From the NCBI RefSeq assembly GCF_018350175.1, contig NC_058368.1, positions 131,752,001-131,816,000 of the forward strand: DNA of 64,000 nt. Reading direction: 5' to 3'. This document shows positions 27,773-42,446 of this stretch, one piece after another. Position numbers and translations under genes: made by a program. The DNA comes from Felis catus. Its lineage: Eukaryota. Positions within the stretch are counted from its first letter, which is position 1. Each line of letters begins with the position of its first letter. A model generated the notes under the pieces. That model made no database searches. It worked only from the letters and a program-made list of their open reading frames with translations, and was not told the origin of the DNA.

Positions 27773-28769
27773 AGGTCATTATTGACACATCTGCTGCCTA
27801 TGTTGATTTCATTTTGGCTATCTTGATACACAGATAATAATTATAGTACTATAGATGTTGCCTCAAGTAAAAACCTAGGCTGAGAAAGTTTAGTTAAGGC
27901 AGGGGTACAGTTCTACTTTTGTTGTTCAAGGGCAAACGCAGAAGCCATGAATGAAACAAGAAGCAGACAAATTGGTCAAGGCCAGCACAATGCTCACGGT
28001 CTCCCAAACTCCTCTTAACCTGCGAGACATACAGGAGCTGGCCGTGGCTGGATGTGTCCTGAGTTGTGCCCCTGGAAAGGCATCCCAATTCTCTGCCATT
28101 CTGCACATTTTTAAAAAAGTTGGGAGGCAACAAATGATGGTCAGAAGACCCTGGGTTTTGTGTGATTACAATTGTGCTGGCTTAAGAAGCGTACTCTCCT
28201 TGGTTGCCAACTGCCCAGGGAGATTGAATCTCAGCACTGGTACTAGTTATAGTCCCTGCCAAGCCAGGTCACCTGAGGGAGAGCCACAGGGCTCAACCAG
28301 TGGACCAATTGGTATGTGTCTCTGTTGCTTTGAAGCAGTTGGTGCTTCACACATTGAGACAAAATATTAAGCAAGACGTCTTATCAAATCACAGCCGAGT
28401 CTATACAATGAAAAATATACTTTAGATGATTTATTTGGGTGTCACTAACCTAGTGACAGAATTTAAATCAGTCACAAATAATCTAAAAATGTAAAACACA
28501 TTTCAAAGTATGTACTTATGCATGGAATTCTGGGGACGTGTCTGATAAAGAACACAGTAGCTTTATGTGTTTTTAGAAGACTTAAGTCACTGGAATTTTT
28601 GGTAATAATCAAATCTTAGAAAGAAAAGTGGGTCTAGAAGAAGAGTAGAAATAACAGGACATAAGAGGCTCAAATTATTTTCTATGCGGTCTTCTTATGA
28701 GAGCAATTTCATCTTTGAAAAAAATTGTTTAATAGGATTTCGAAGTGGATGAAACCAAACCCCAATAAA

Positions 28770-29290
28770 GGCCATATCTTTCCTTAAAACTCTCTCATGG
28801 TGTCTCACTGCTTACAGATTAAAGTTCAAGCTTCCAAACACGGAACATAAGACTTCGTTCTCTTGTTCCTGAGAACCTAGAATGGTAGTCTCAATTCTTA
28901 CCACATCCCGCCTTACATAATGCTTGTAATTCTTGACACACACACAACTCAAGTTTTTTTTTACTGTGATCTTTGTTCATAGTACCCACTCGTCTGTAAC
29001 TGTCATGAGTTCTATCTTCAGTCTCCATCAAAATCCAAGTCAGGCATCATTTCTTTAGGTAGCCTTTTCTCACTTCTCCAGACTAAGTATCCTTCTGTGT
29101 TTTTATGAATGCATGTTCAGGTCAATCACTGGATTTATTATACACTGATGTGTTCTGTTGTTTCTCCCACCAACTAAACTATGAACCCCTTCAGTGAAGC
29201 AAGTGAGTCTTATTAATCTCTGTATCCCCAGTACTTAGCAGAGCGTTTGCTATGCCAGGCACTCAGTCAATGTTTGCTGAAGAAAGGAAG
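28770..29290 (+). mobile_element. L2 3' fragment
   Basis: TCTCTGTATCCCCAGTACTTAGCA..GGCACTCAGTCAATGTTTGCTGAA end. Confidence 0.65.
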
Positions 29291-29819
29291 CAATGACATT
29301 TTTATCAACATTATTAATAACTCTTCAATCTAGTTAAAATGAAAGTGACCTAGGGTTATATAATTTTAGACAGAGTGAACCGTAAATATAGACACATAAA
29401 ATTGTTTTATTCCTTATTTATTGACGTTTTGGCCTCAGAGAACCAAAGATGTGAACAGATGTACATTAGGGGCAAGAACTAGGGATACCTCTGAGAGATT
29501 TTCGTCAAAAGAGGATACGGAGAAAAGAAACAGGGAATTTTGTGGGGAGTGGATCCATCAGCCCAAAAGCAATAGCCTGAGTATTTAGACAATCAGGTTA
29601 CAGATACAAATCTAAACATAAAATCTATATGCATCTGATGAAAAAGACATACACTGGTTGCTAAGAATGTAAACCAAATATCAATTACCTGCTTAAAGAA
29701 GTTGAATGTGTTTAACAGGTATATTAATAAATTCAACCTTTACCAATACAGAATGCTACCTGCCTACCTACAGCAATTTCTAAAATGAATAATATTACTT
29801 GAATTATACTAACATATTG

Positions 29820-30010
29820 ATAATCATATACATTAAGGACTGGAAGGGTTCTCAGAGATAATTGGGTATAATATATTACAGATCAAATACACCAAGGCCC
29901 AGAGAAGCTAAATAATTTAGTTGAAAGTCACGAAGGTAGTTAGAAAGGCCAGGACTTTTTGGATTTTTACTATTAAGTTCAGTTTTCCTTCTGCTACGTA
30001 CATACTGCCT
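29820..30010 (-). mobile_element. MIR fragment
   Basis: ACAGAT..CCAAGGCCCAGAGAAGCTAAATAATTT..AAAGTCAC. Confidence 0.55.
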
Positions 30011-32211
30011 CATAGAAAATCTCACTAATTTTCTCCTAAAATTTATTAGTGAGATTTGTATCCAATCCCAACAAGATCACTTTACAAGAAAACCAGTAGA
30101 AAGAAATAAATTTTATTCAGATGACAGGTTTTATAAACTATTCTCATACTATGGGGAATTTACTCAAGAATAATTCCAAGAATGTATCTAGGGGACAAAA
30201 TTACTGAGCAATAAAATTTTTTAATTTGCACACTGTATTAGTTAATGGTGCTGAATTTTATGTAACTCTTTTGGACCATTATCAATTGTGTTCCCATTCA
30301 GAAAACAAATCTAATGAGCCAATTTATAATCTCTACGATTAACAGAAATAAAACTCACAAATAACTTTAGATTACTTTTGTTTCACTATAATTATTAGCA
30401 TTTTTAACCATGTTAAAATGGGATGAGGCCATCCTTGTGCATGCAGCATTTTCCTATCATTTTTAAGTTTTTTATTTTTTTCATTATGATAATGAAAGAA
30501 CCGTATTTTCAGAAAATACAGCTAAAAAAATACTGAAAATACAGCAAAGGCCAAACAGTTAAAAATGTAATAACTTAATAACTCTATGTTTCTCTCTCAA
30601 CACCTGACTAAACTATTTAAACAGAAGAGTTTCTTTCTGAAGAGGCCATATGACGAAATTAGGTGATGGAAAAGCTAGAAGAGTGAAAGCTTCCTCAGCT
30701 ATAAAGCTAGAAGAGGGATGTGGGTGTAGCTTCCCTAGATCTCAGCATGGTAAGCAGATATTACGAGGAGCTGTGAGCTCCCCCAGTGTGAGTGAGGTCA
30801 TGTGAGCAAGGGGAGCTGGATGAAGAAAGAATCAGTACATTTTTCCAGCTTGTGAGGTTACATGTACTTACCTGGTTTCACCATAATGAATTTGCCTGAA
30901 GCCATGTCTGTAGGTTAGTAATCTGAAAATTTATAACTGCACCACAGTGAGTACATGCAATCTTTGGTGCTGTGCCATGATACGTGATTGATGTTTGATG
31001 CTGCTAAGTGCTTAACTCACTGGGCGTAAGGGATATCCAAATATTAAGCAAAGTAAGTAACACTGATCATTGTGAAATTAAGTGTAAGAAACATTTATAT
31101 CTACTGATATATGCTTGAAAATGCTTACTCATATAAAATTTTCATTGTTATATAAAGGCTTTCATGATGCAACTCCCTGGCTCTTATATTTTAAAAAGTA
31201 CAGAATAAAATTCTTAACCCTAAATTTTTGTCACTGCTCTTAAGGTCTAAGAATGAAGTAAAAGAGAGAAACACCCCAAACTGGTCATTTTTGAAACCAT
31301 AAATTCAGTGTGAAACCTGCTTCAAAACTACAAATTATTTTAGACAAATAAATATATATGTTCACATTTATAAAAAATTTCCACATTACTCATAGAAACA
31401 AGCTTCATAAAATTTACATACAGAATACAATAAAAATCAGTTCTAATAATGACTTAGCTGTCATCCTCCTAATTAAAAAGTTCTGTGTTTGAGGTATCAC
31501 TTTAAGAGATGCCAATATGGCACATTTGTAAAACAACCCAGGAGTCTATCCTAAATATTCTACCCAACACAGCATCATCTCTGCAAGACTCTGAGAGGCT
31601 GGACTACACTTGTCTTTTTAAAAGAGGAAGAGAATTTTAATTGTTACAATAACAGAGGAGGCAGGTACTAGACACTCTGCACTTCATGTAACAGTAAAAC
31701 TTCCTTATAAGTAGTTTCATTATCTTCTTGCCAACACCATTCGCTTAAAATGTCCTAGTTAAGACCAGTGAAGCAGCTTCATTTCCTATGACATCCAAAA
31801 AAGTTTCAAGATTTAAAAATGACAGTGAAAAACTTCACTATCTTTATACATTACCATAGGAAATAAAGCTATTAAATTTTTCAGAGTCAAGAGCAAAGCA
31901 TTATCCCCTACCTCATTTTATCACTGGAAGGTGGACACTTGATTGAGCAATACTCATTAACTGCTAGGTAGATTACCTGTGTTGACTGGAGTAAAGCCAT
32001 TTACAGTCAACTTATAAAGTAACAACACTAGTCAGACACAGTCATGAATACCAAAAATGATGTGTTTTGTATGTATAAATATCTATATTTGGGGTGTGGC
32101 TATCAAGTAATAAGACTGATTCAATACTTTATAGTCAGCACATTAAAAATCTATTGCCAGAAGACAATGGTCCCATATAAGAAAAAAATGTCTATATGGA
32201 AAAGGCTGTGA

Positions 32212-32217
32212 TTTATT
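32212..32217 (-). terminator. Candidate proximal poly(A) signal of SREK1IP1
   Basis: TTTATT on + (AATAAA on -) about 90 nt past the SREK1IP1 stop. Confidence 0.4.
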
Positions 32218-32308
32218 GCAAAGCATGATTATATAGCAAATTCCAAGGAAGGTCAAATAATTTCTAAAACCAAATTTTAAAATTTAATGGCTTAGGCTGA
32301 AGATTCAG

Positions 32309-32578
<270 letters not shown>

Positions 32579-33323
32579 TCATTCTTGGAGCAAAGTGGGG
32601 TATAAACAAAGAAACTCGAAATGTGCTTTATATATTTGTATTCTCTTAAAATACAGACTTCAGAATTTTTGCTCCTTGGTCATAGAAGCTGACAAAACAA
32701 ATAACTCTATTTTGCTCAACTCTAGTATTAAGTTTTAAACTCAGTAAGGATGCAATAATTTTTCTGTGATTTTCAGCTTTTCATCCTGTTGTACCCTTCA
32801 AAATCTTATAAGGTAAACAAAGTGGTATTTACCAAGCCTTTATCATATATACAATTCATTTACATACACAATAACTTGTTAGCATATTCTCTTAAAAGAG
32901 CTAAAAAGGATGCAATTATGTAAAAAGGGCTATATTTGTACCTTGGTAAAAATGGGTGAAAGCTGAAAATTAGCTAAATAAAAGGACTTCTGTTAAATTC
33001 CTGTTCAAGTGATACAGATGAGCACTTGCATTCCAAAGTAATTTTCACTAGTTACAAAAAGAGATGTTTTAAATGCATACAAGTAAATGAAGATGATTTA
33101 TCATTATTCTTTATTTTTCTAATATTCCTCTAATACTAGATTTGGAAAAAAAACTACGCAATTCCTTCCTCTAGTATTAAAAAAGAGAAAAGTAACAAAA
33201 AACAGAAAAGCCATCTCTTAAGATCTTATATAAGTAGGTATACAACAATCTCCCCACACCCAAACTCTAAATGTGTCAGAAGACAGAAACTGAGTCAATT
33301 AAAAATAAAAAATAAAAAGACAC

Positions 33324-33533
33324 TTTTTTTTTGTTTTTAATGTTTATTCAGTTTTGAAAGACAGAGCGTGAGCAGGGGAGTGGCAGAGTAAGAGGGAGAC
33401 CCAGAATTGGAAGCAGGTTCCAGGCTCTGAGCTGTCAGCCCAGAGACCAATGAGGGGCTCAAACGCACAAACTGCAAGATCATGACCTGAGCTGAAGTCA
33501 GTTGCTTAACCGACTGAGTCACTCAGGCGCCCC
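33324..33533 (-). mobile_element. CAN-SINE in SREK1IP1 intron 4
   Basis: Reverse body; TSD-like AAAAAGACA. Confidence 0.92.
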
Positions 33534-35036
33534 AAAAAAGACAGCTTTCTAAAAAGGTAGTAGTGAGCTAACCGTTAGAAGTTAAAGGCCAAACTAAGAA
33601 AACCTGACACAGACCTACAGTAAGCAAGAAATAAATGCATGAGACTTCAAGTCTGTGTCTGTCAGTGATTCTCATGAATTACTTGATTGAATTTCTTGTT
33701 TAGAAACTCCGAGTTTTCCCTCATTTCCGTAATGCTGTATTTCTTTCTCCATTTTGTCTTACTTAGACTTCTGGCTGTTTCCTGGTCTTATTTTCTCATG
33801 TATTCTCTTATTCCCTCTTCATCTCTGTTATTGCCAACTCTTGCCCGTTTTCCTGTTTTAAAGACCCTGCTTGACCTCTGGATTCTGAGTAGAGCTTGTT
33901 TGTACATTTTTCTTTGGCTTTTTGGTCCTGGATTTTAATTTTTAAGGCCCGGTGTTAGACTTGCACATAACAACTCCAAAAGGTGGCAAAATCTCTGCTG
34001 AGTATGACTAGAAAAGTTCATTTAATTTCAGGCCCTGTCTGAGGTCTGTGAGACCCAAAGTAGAGAGGCTCAAATAAATAATCTGTTACAATAAAACAAG
34101 TATCTTAGAATTTGGAAGAAAACAGATAATTTCATTTTGCCTATACACAATCCTTGCTGTGCTAATGCAAATGATTCAACAATACATTAGTCCGACTATA
34201 AAATACACTGACCTCTATCTTCCTATTAGCTTTTATGTTAAATATTTGACTCCCAACACTTGAGAGAAAATGAGCTTTTCTAAATTATGAAGTAGCTGAG
34301 GTATTGAAAGGTATGTATTAAATGCTCTATGAAGTAACACCTGATTTTCAGAACTTACTCTATTAGAGAACTAGGGTCCAAGTCAAACATTATTATTGTC
34401 AAATACCTTAAAAGATATCTGTATATATATGTTTATTCTAGTATATATGAAACTGTACTTGTTAACCATAAAAGAAGCTGCTTCTTAATTCTTGTGATCA
34501 ATTGCTTTAACCGGTTAGTTATTAAAAGAGCTGATACTAAAAATTCATTGGTGGCTGATGTGGGTTCTGAAAGACCTGAATGAATTTTTAGAATAAGTGG
34601 GTACGTAAATCCTATTAATAACTTTGTAGCCACTGCAATGATATTTTGAGAATACAAATACTTAAGTCCAAACTTTATACATATGAGGACAAAATATATA
34701 TGTAAAGAATTTAGACATCATCCAATTAAAAGTGTGGCTGATGTTTTAAACTCTAAATTCTAGAACACAAATAGAATATATAAAAGAAGGGGGAGGGGGG
34801 CTATTATTTATTTATACCTTAATTTGCTCCAAGAAAAAAAATTCAAGGTGGCTGAGTATTGACTTTAGTTTTGATTCCTCAAGGACTGTTATTTTACTGA
34901 AACAACTGAATATCTGATCCCCATTAAGGAAAGAATTAGTGTTAAATTAACTGGACTACACACAAAATATTAAATTTTATAATCCATCTGGGATTCACAG
35001 TCCTGCTTTTAAAAAACAATGATGTTAAAAAAATAC

Positions 35037-35109
35037 CTTTTTCTTTTTTTTTTCAACTTGATTTTCTCTTTGCTTTTTGCTTTTTTCTTCTCCTCTTCTT
35101 CATTTACTC
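35037..35109 (-). CDS. SREK1IP1: SREK1IP1 coding exon 4 (73 nt), Lys/Glu-rich
   Basis: Acceptor TTTCCCCTCAATACACAG|GA and donor AAG|GTATTT. Reads (R)VNEEEEKKKAKSKEKIKLKKKRK(R). Confidence 0.93.
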
Positions 35110-35259
35110 CTGTGTATTGAGGGGAAAGAATCAGGACACCATGAATCTGCACACTAATATGGTATGTATACAGTTTTTCCACTTTGGTTACTGGTTGATG
35201 AATTTTATTGATTAGGATACTGCACTTCTCTTGTAACAGTTTCTCCTTTCTTGTTTTTC

Positions 35260-35835
35260 AAATTGAGGTATACATTGACATATAACATTGTTTATTTTCA
35301 GGCATACAACATAATGGTTTGATATTTGTACACATTCCAAAATATTTGCTGTAAGTCGAGTTAACATCTGTCACCATGTTACATACATACCAACAACATT
35401 TTTTTCTTGTGATGAGGACTTTTAGGATCTACCCTCTTAGCAACTTTCAAACATACAATGCAGTACTATTAACTACAGTCAACACGCTATACATTACAAC
35501 CCCATGACTTATTTATAACTGGAAGTTTGTACCTCTTTTATTTATTTTTTAAATATTTTGTTTTTAAATAATCTCTCCACCCAATATGAGACTCAAACCT
35601 ACAACCATGAGATCAAGTGTCCATATTCTATCCACTGAGCCAGCCAGGCACCCCGGTACTCCTTGACCAGCCCTATCACCTGCCTCTAACAACCACAAAT
35701 CTTTTTCCTTTATCTCTGAGCTTGGCTTTTTTATGTGTTTGTTTCTTTTTTAGATTTCACATATAAGTGAAACCATATAGTACTTGTCCTTCTCTGACTT
35801 ATCTCACTTAGCTTAATACCCTCAAGGTCCACTAA
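35260..35835 (-). mobile_element. L1MA-type 3' end with nested short CAN-SINE (about 35540-35654)
   Basis: AATTGAGGTATACATTGACATATAACATTG..CTTAGCAACTTTCAA..GATTTCACATATAAGTGA. Confidence 0.8.
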
Positions 35836-36020
35836 TTATTTTTATTTATTGAGAAGCTTATAAAAATATTACATGCTTTTTATAAAAATTTCAACTACTA
35901 CTAGGTACATTAAATAAAAAATTCAAGTACTCCACTGCTAATTCCTACACTGAATCAATGTCAACAGTTTGGTGGGTACTATTTCAGGTCTTAAAAAACA
36001 AAACAATACAATCAAATACA

Positions 36021-36023
<3 letters not shown>

Positions 36024-36061
<38 letters not shown>

Positions 36062-36151
36062 TAGGCTCCATGCCTAGCCTGACGGGGCTTGAACCCATAA
36101 CCCTGAGATCAAGAGTTGCATGATATACTGACTGAGCTAACCTGGTACCCC
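36024..36151 (-). mobile_element. Short CAN-SINE with long poly(T) tail
   Basis: About 35 T, then reverse body; TSD TCAAATACAG. Confidence 0.85.
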
Positions 36152-36637
36152 TCAAATACAGGTGTTTAAATTTTTCTTTTTCAAACAAAATGAGGATTAT
36201 GGTATTCTAGGATGTTAAGATCACAGGACTGTAAAGAAATCTAATAATATTTATGTCATTGGTACCCTAGAAGGAAAGAATATATACTACTCTCTAACTT
36301 GTTTCTGAAATACACAATTTGGTGTGCTTTCTGTTAAGCTTGCTCTCCATACAACCAAATATGCACATACAATCACTTATACAAAATAGTTACAAATAAG
36401 TCCCAAGTTTTTCTCTTTTTTGAAAGATGGATAAGTGATATTTTATATGGCATATACAGTGGCATGTATAATATTTTGCAACTTATTTCATATTTGTCAA
36501 AAATCAGTTGCACAGAAAAAAAGTAAGTTGGACTTCTGCTTCTGGGAAGAGGAGCAAGTATACTTTTCCTATTTCTCCCAGTAAGTTCAACTAAAAATAC
36601 CAGACATTGTAAAAACAAACATAAAAACTGAAAAGTA

Positions 36638-36840
36638 GGGGTCCCTGGGTGCATCAGTCGGTTGAGTGCCCGACTCTTGAATTCGGCTCAGGTCATGATC
36701 TCACAGTTCATGGATTTGAGCCACCTGTCAGGCTATGAGCTAGCAGTGCGAAGCCTGCTTGGGATTCTCTCTCTTTCTGCTCCTCCCCTGCTTGTGCTCT
36801 CTCTCTCAAAATAAATAAGTAAACTTAAAAACAACAACAA
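36638..36840 (+). mobile_element. CAN-SINE nested in L1
   Basis: Full body. Confidence 0.9.
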
Positions 36841-39800
36841 CTTTAAAGTAGAAACAAGACAGACTAGCTATGGATCTTGAAATCCAGAGAAAGACACGGG
36901 AGTGAGTTCTGTGGAATTCTTGCTTCCTTTAGCCCAGACTTGGAGCTGAAGAAGCTGGCAGCTTTGGCAATGTCAATACAGGTACAGATAAAAAGATTTC
37001 TCTAGCCTAAAGACCAAAACAGACAGCCTAGTGACAGATAGGTGGTAGGTAACAACTGCCCTTACTCAAGCCGAACACCACAGAAAAAACTGGCACAACC
37101 CCCACCCATGTCAGCAGACTCTGAGTGAGGAACCTAGACATTCCCCCTTATCAAGCTGTGATAAGATCTCCCAATTCCTCAGCATGAATAGTCTAAGTAG
37201 GTAACCAGGACCTTTATCACTACCCAGTAAAGAGATCTCCACTAATAGTGTCAATAAAGACCACTTGGGAAGCCTTGACTTCTGCTGCCAGCCAGTAGTA
37301 ATGAGGTACCCCTCCCATCTATGCTGAAATGATGTCAGAATATATCTAAGAAAGTCGGGGCACTCATCATCACCCAGTAGTAAGTAACAAGACCACTCCC
37401 ACCATGGGTACCAATGGGGAGCTGGAACTCATCCCCTCACCCAGCAGTAACAAGAAGCCATGACCACTTTGAGTGTTGGCAGAACCTAAGTGGGGAAACA
37501 GAACCTCTGTCTCCCCCTGGCAATAAAAAGTCACTTTCTCTTCTGGGGTGGTACCAAAGAAAATCATATAAAAGACAAGGTTTAAGGAAAGCCAACGTTT
37601 CATAATACAATATAAACATGTCCAAATTTTGGTTGAAAAGAACTCATCAAAGTCCAGAGATCTTAAATTGAATGAAAAATGAAACAATCAATATACCACC
37701 ACCACAATGAGATTATTTTTGAAATAATCTAAAAAATATTTTAAATAGTCATCATAAAAATGTTTCTAAGAAACAAAATGCTTGAAAGAAGTGAAAAAAA
37801 TATGAAAGCCCCCCAAAATGGGACAAAATCCAAAGAACCAAATAAAAATTTTAGAACTAAAATGACAATAAATGGAATTAAAACACTCAGTGGATGGGCT
37901 CAATAGCAGAATGCAAAGCACTGAATAGAAATATCACTGAATGGGAAAACAGAACAATAGAAATCACCCAATCTGAGAAATGGAGAAGAAACAGATTTAA
38001 AGAAAATGAATGAGACTTGGGGATCTGTGGGATAGTAACACAAGATACAATATTTGTGTCACTGGAGACATAAAGAGTATAAAGAAGGAGGGGCTTAAAA
38101 AGTACTTGAAATCCATATCGAGATATGAAAATTAAACTTTTGAAAACTAATGAAAAAAAAATCTTGAAAACAGCCAGAGAAAAATAATGTATTACTTATA
38201 TGAATGAAACAATTAGAATGAAAGCAGATTTCTTATTAGAAAGCATGGAAGACAGAAAGAAGTGGCCATTTTTTAAATGCTGAAAGAAATGTCAACCTGG
38301 AATCCTCTACCCAGTAAAAATATTATTCAGGAATGAAGGAGAAATTAAGACATTCTCAGATAAGGAAAAAGTAAAAGGATTCATCACCAGCAGACAGATC
38401 CTAGAAGAATGGATAAAGAAAATTCCTTAAATGGAAAGGAAATGATAAAAGAAGGAACACTGGAACATCAAGAAGAAAGAATAGAATAAGCAAAAACCTG
38501 AGTACAACAGGCTTTCCTTCTCTTGAGTTCCTAAATTATGTTTGATTGTGGAAGCAAAAACTACACAATTGTTTCATGAGGTTTTAAATGTATGTAGAGA
38601 ATATATTTATGACAAGTGTATTGTAAAGGAAAGAGGGTAAAGGGACATAAAGGGAGGCATGGTTTCTACTTTGCTTGTCCTGGTAAAAAGACAATACCAG
38701 TAGATTGTGGTAAATTATGTATATATAATCTAATACCTAGAGCAACCACTAAAAAGGCCATATAAAATATCATAGAAAAATTAAAAAAAAAAACACTATG
38801 GACACAATGTGTCTTTGACACTACAGAAAAATTATATGCAATTCTATAGGTGTTCCAGTGACACTAGAGATAAAACTAAAAAATGTTCAAGTAGTAATCC
38901 ACAGGAAGGCAGAGAAAAAAAAAACAAGAATGAAAAAAGAAGAATGAAAAACAGAGTGAACAGAAAACAAATAAAAAGTGGTAGGATTAGCTCTAACATA
39001 TAAAAAATTACATTAATGTAAAAAAATACCAATTAAAAGAAAGTGGTTGGTAAAGTTGATTGAAAAATATGATTCACCTATACACTGCCTACAAGACTCC
39101 CACTTCAAAGAAAAAGATATAGACACACTGAAAATAAAAGGATAGAAATGGATATGCCAAACAAGCATTATCAAAGGAAAGCTAGAGTGACTGTATTAAG
39201 ATCAGATAAAATAGACTTCAGAAAAAAGAAAATTACCAGTGAGAGAAAGGGCCAAAATAATGATAAAAGTTTCAACTCACCAATAAGACATATCCTAAAT
39301 GTGTATGCACCAAACAATAGAGCTAAAAAATACATGAAGCAAAACTGAGAGACCTTAAAGGAGAAACAGACAAATCTACAATTCTCTCAACAATTAATAG
39401 ATACTACACATAAAGTCAGCAAGAATGCAGAAGAACTCCACAACCATCAAACAATAGAATCTAAACAAGATTTAAAATCACTCTACCCAACAAGAGTAGA
39501 ATACACATTTTTTTCAAGTACCTACAGAACATAGACCAAGACAGAATATATCCTGTGTCATAAAACAAATCTTAACAAACTTAAAAGAACTGAACTCATA
39601 CAGAGTTATGTCTCTGTCCTTAATGGAATCAAATGAGAAATCAGTAACAGATAACAGGGCAATATCTAAACAGTTTGGAAACAAAACAACACTTTTAAAT
39701 AATCCACTGGGCAAAGAGGAAGTCTCAAGGAAAACAAAACACACTTAACTGAATGAAACTGATATATATTAAAATTTGTGTAACACAGCTAAAGCAGTGC

Positions 39801-41104
39801 TGTGAGGAAAATTTATAGCACTAAATGCTTAGGATAGAAATGAAGAAAAGTTTCAAATTGATTATATCTTAACTTTGATCTCAAGAGCCTAGGGGGAAAA
39901 AGCTAAATAAATCCAAAGCAAGTACAAGGAAGAAAAATAATAAAGCACAAGAATTAATAAAATTGAAAACAGAACAAAAAAATTAGAGAAAAAGAATGAA
40001 ACAAGTAGCTGGTTCAATAAAATTGACAAATCTCTAGGAAAAATGTGAAAGAAAAAAAGACACAAATCATCAATATCAGAAATGAAAAAAGGGTTACCAC
40101 TACAGACCCTATATACATCAAAAAGATAAATGAAAGCTATGAACACCCTACAAAAATAAATGTGACAACTTGGATAGTATGGACCCCTTTCTCAAAAAAC
40201 AAAATGCCACAACTCACCTAACGGAAGTAGATAATTTCAATAACCCTTTAACTATTGAGGAAATTGAATATCTAACTTTAAAACTTCTAAAAAAAATCTT
40301 CAAGCCCAGATAACTTCACTGAAGAACTCTACCAAACATTTAAAGAAAAATAAACACTACTTTCATACAAATCTTATGCAATTTTATCCAAAAATAGAAG
40401 AGAAGGAAATTTTATCAATACTCTATGTAACTCTTACTCTGATTTCAAAATTAGACTAAAATAGTACAAAGCAAGAAAACTACAGACCAACATCTTTCAT
40501 GAATACAGATGGAAAAATCCTTAACAAAATATTAGCAAATAGAATTCATGGATACAAGGCTGGTTCAATTTTCAAAAATCAATTAATATAATCTACCATA
40601 TTAACAAGCTAAGGAAAAATCATAATATCATACTGATCAATGAAGAATTGGCAAAATCTGACAACCATTCTATAATAAAAACTGTAAAAAAAAATGGGAA
40701 TAGAGAGAATCTTTCTCAACTTGATAAAAGGCAACTACATAAAACTTACAACTAATATTACACTTAATGGTGAAAGTTTAAGTGCTTTTGCCCTCTAGGA
40801 TTAGAATCCAGTAAGAAAGTCATCTCTCACCACTCTTTCTCAATACAGTACTATAAGTTTTAGGTATGGCAATAAAACAACAAAAGAAAAAAAAAACAAG
40901 AAATAAAGACTTATTGATTAAAGGAGAAAAATAAAACCATTCCCATTTGTAGATGATATGATGGTTTACATAAAAAACATCAAGGAATCTATAAAAAATG
41001 AAATAATTGAATTCAGCAAGGATATAAGAGAAATAGACACAAAGGTATTGCCTTTCTACACACTGGTAATAAATACACAGAAACAAAATTCAAAATACAC
41101 CATT

Positions 41105-41242
41105 TAGGAGATAAATTGCCTGCTGTAACCGCCCAGTTGTGCCTGTCCACCAGGCACCCACTCTCGCAAGAAGAAGCCTCTCTTCACTGTGCTCAGTCTC
41201 TGCATCCCTCCTTTGATTGGGTCAGGGGGCTTATTTCTCACA
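41105..41242 (+). mobile_element. Short LTR-like insert within L1 ORF2
   Basis: GC-richer non-L1 block ending TTATTTCTCACA, like a U5 end. Confidence 0.4.
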
Positions 41243-41704
41243 AAAACTACACAGAGTAATCTATGTAAACAAGTCAAAGACCTACATAAATGGAGAGACA
41301 GACTAAGTTCTTGGATTGGAGACTCAACATAGTAAAGATACCTATTCTCCCTAAACTGATATACATGTTTAATGCCATTCGTGTCAAAATCTCAGCAAGA
41401 TTTCTTTCTAGACATAGAATTATTCTAAAAATCTATATGGGAAGAATAGACAGTAGTTAAAATATTTCTGGAAAAGAATAAAGTGGGAAGAATAAGTCTA
41501 CTCAATTTCAGGACATATTATATAGCTACCATTAATCAAGACTGTTGGCGGTGGTGGAAGAACAGACACATAGATCAAGGGAACAGAAGAGAGAACTCAG
41601 AAACAAACCCACACAAATATGACCACCTGGTTTTTGGAAAAAGTACAACAGCAATTCAATGGAGGAAAGATAGCCTTCCAACAAAGAGTGCTAGAATAAT
41701 TGCT

Positions 41705-41925
41705 TTTTTTTTTTTTTAAACGCTTATTCATTTTTTGAGAGACAGAGAGAGACAGAGCAAGAGTGGGGGAGGGGCAGAGACAGAGAGGGAGACACAGAAT
41801 CCAAAGCAAGCTGCAGGCTCTGAACTGACAGCACAGAGCCTGATGTGGGGCTCGAGCTCACAAACCGTGAGATCATGACCTGAGCCGAAGTTAGACGCTT
41901 AACCGACCGAGCCACCCAGGCGCCC
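41705..41925 (-). mobile_element. CAN-SINE nested in L1
   Basis: Reverse body; TSD AATAATTGCTT. Confidence 0.92.
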
Positions 41926-42045
41926 TAATAATTGCTTATCTTAAGCAAAATAATAAAACTTGTCCTAAATATCTCATCTTCTACAAAAATCAACTCAAAA
42001 TGAATCACGGACTTAATGTGAAAATGTAAGACTACAAAACTTTTT

Positions 42046-42446
42046 GGGGAGAATGCAAAAGGTGATTTTAAAGCATGGGGACAGGACCGTGGGCAGAGAG
42101 AGCTGCACTGGGGTTGTCAAGAATGAATGGTTATTATATACCATGGACTTGGAGGAGGTAGAGTCAAAAGGTAAGTTTTCAAAAAGATTTTCACATGCTA
42201 AAGACTCACAGACTACTGGAAGCCTAGCTATTGTCAAACTAAGGTTGTTTTTCTCTCTAGCAAAGCATTAAGACAGTAGGGAGTTCCTGGATTTAAGGCT
42301 ATTGATGGAATTGCCTTTTTCTTATAAACTGGTGGAGAGTCTAACCAGTTTAACCATTTGTTTTTTGTCCTTTCTTTTTTTGGGATAGCTGGGAGTATCC
42401 AAGGAATACCATACATGTACTACCTGGGGGGTGGTATGATAGCTTG
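42046..42446 (-). mobile_element. Probable ERV solo-LTR fragment nested in L1
   Basis: About 400 bp non-L1 block (GCATGGGGACAGGACCGTGGGCAGAGAGAGCTGC..) interrupting collinear L1 ORF2 text. Confidence 0.5.

Noticed and set aside
30864..30876. TACTTACCTGG resembling the U1 snRNA 5' end or a perfect donor CAG|GTAAGT in the SREK1IP1 3' UTR
   Set aside because: Similarity to U1 stops after 11 nt, a single 9-mer is plausible by chance in 64 kb, and no partner acceptor was identified.
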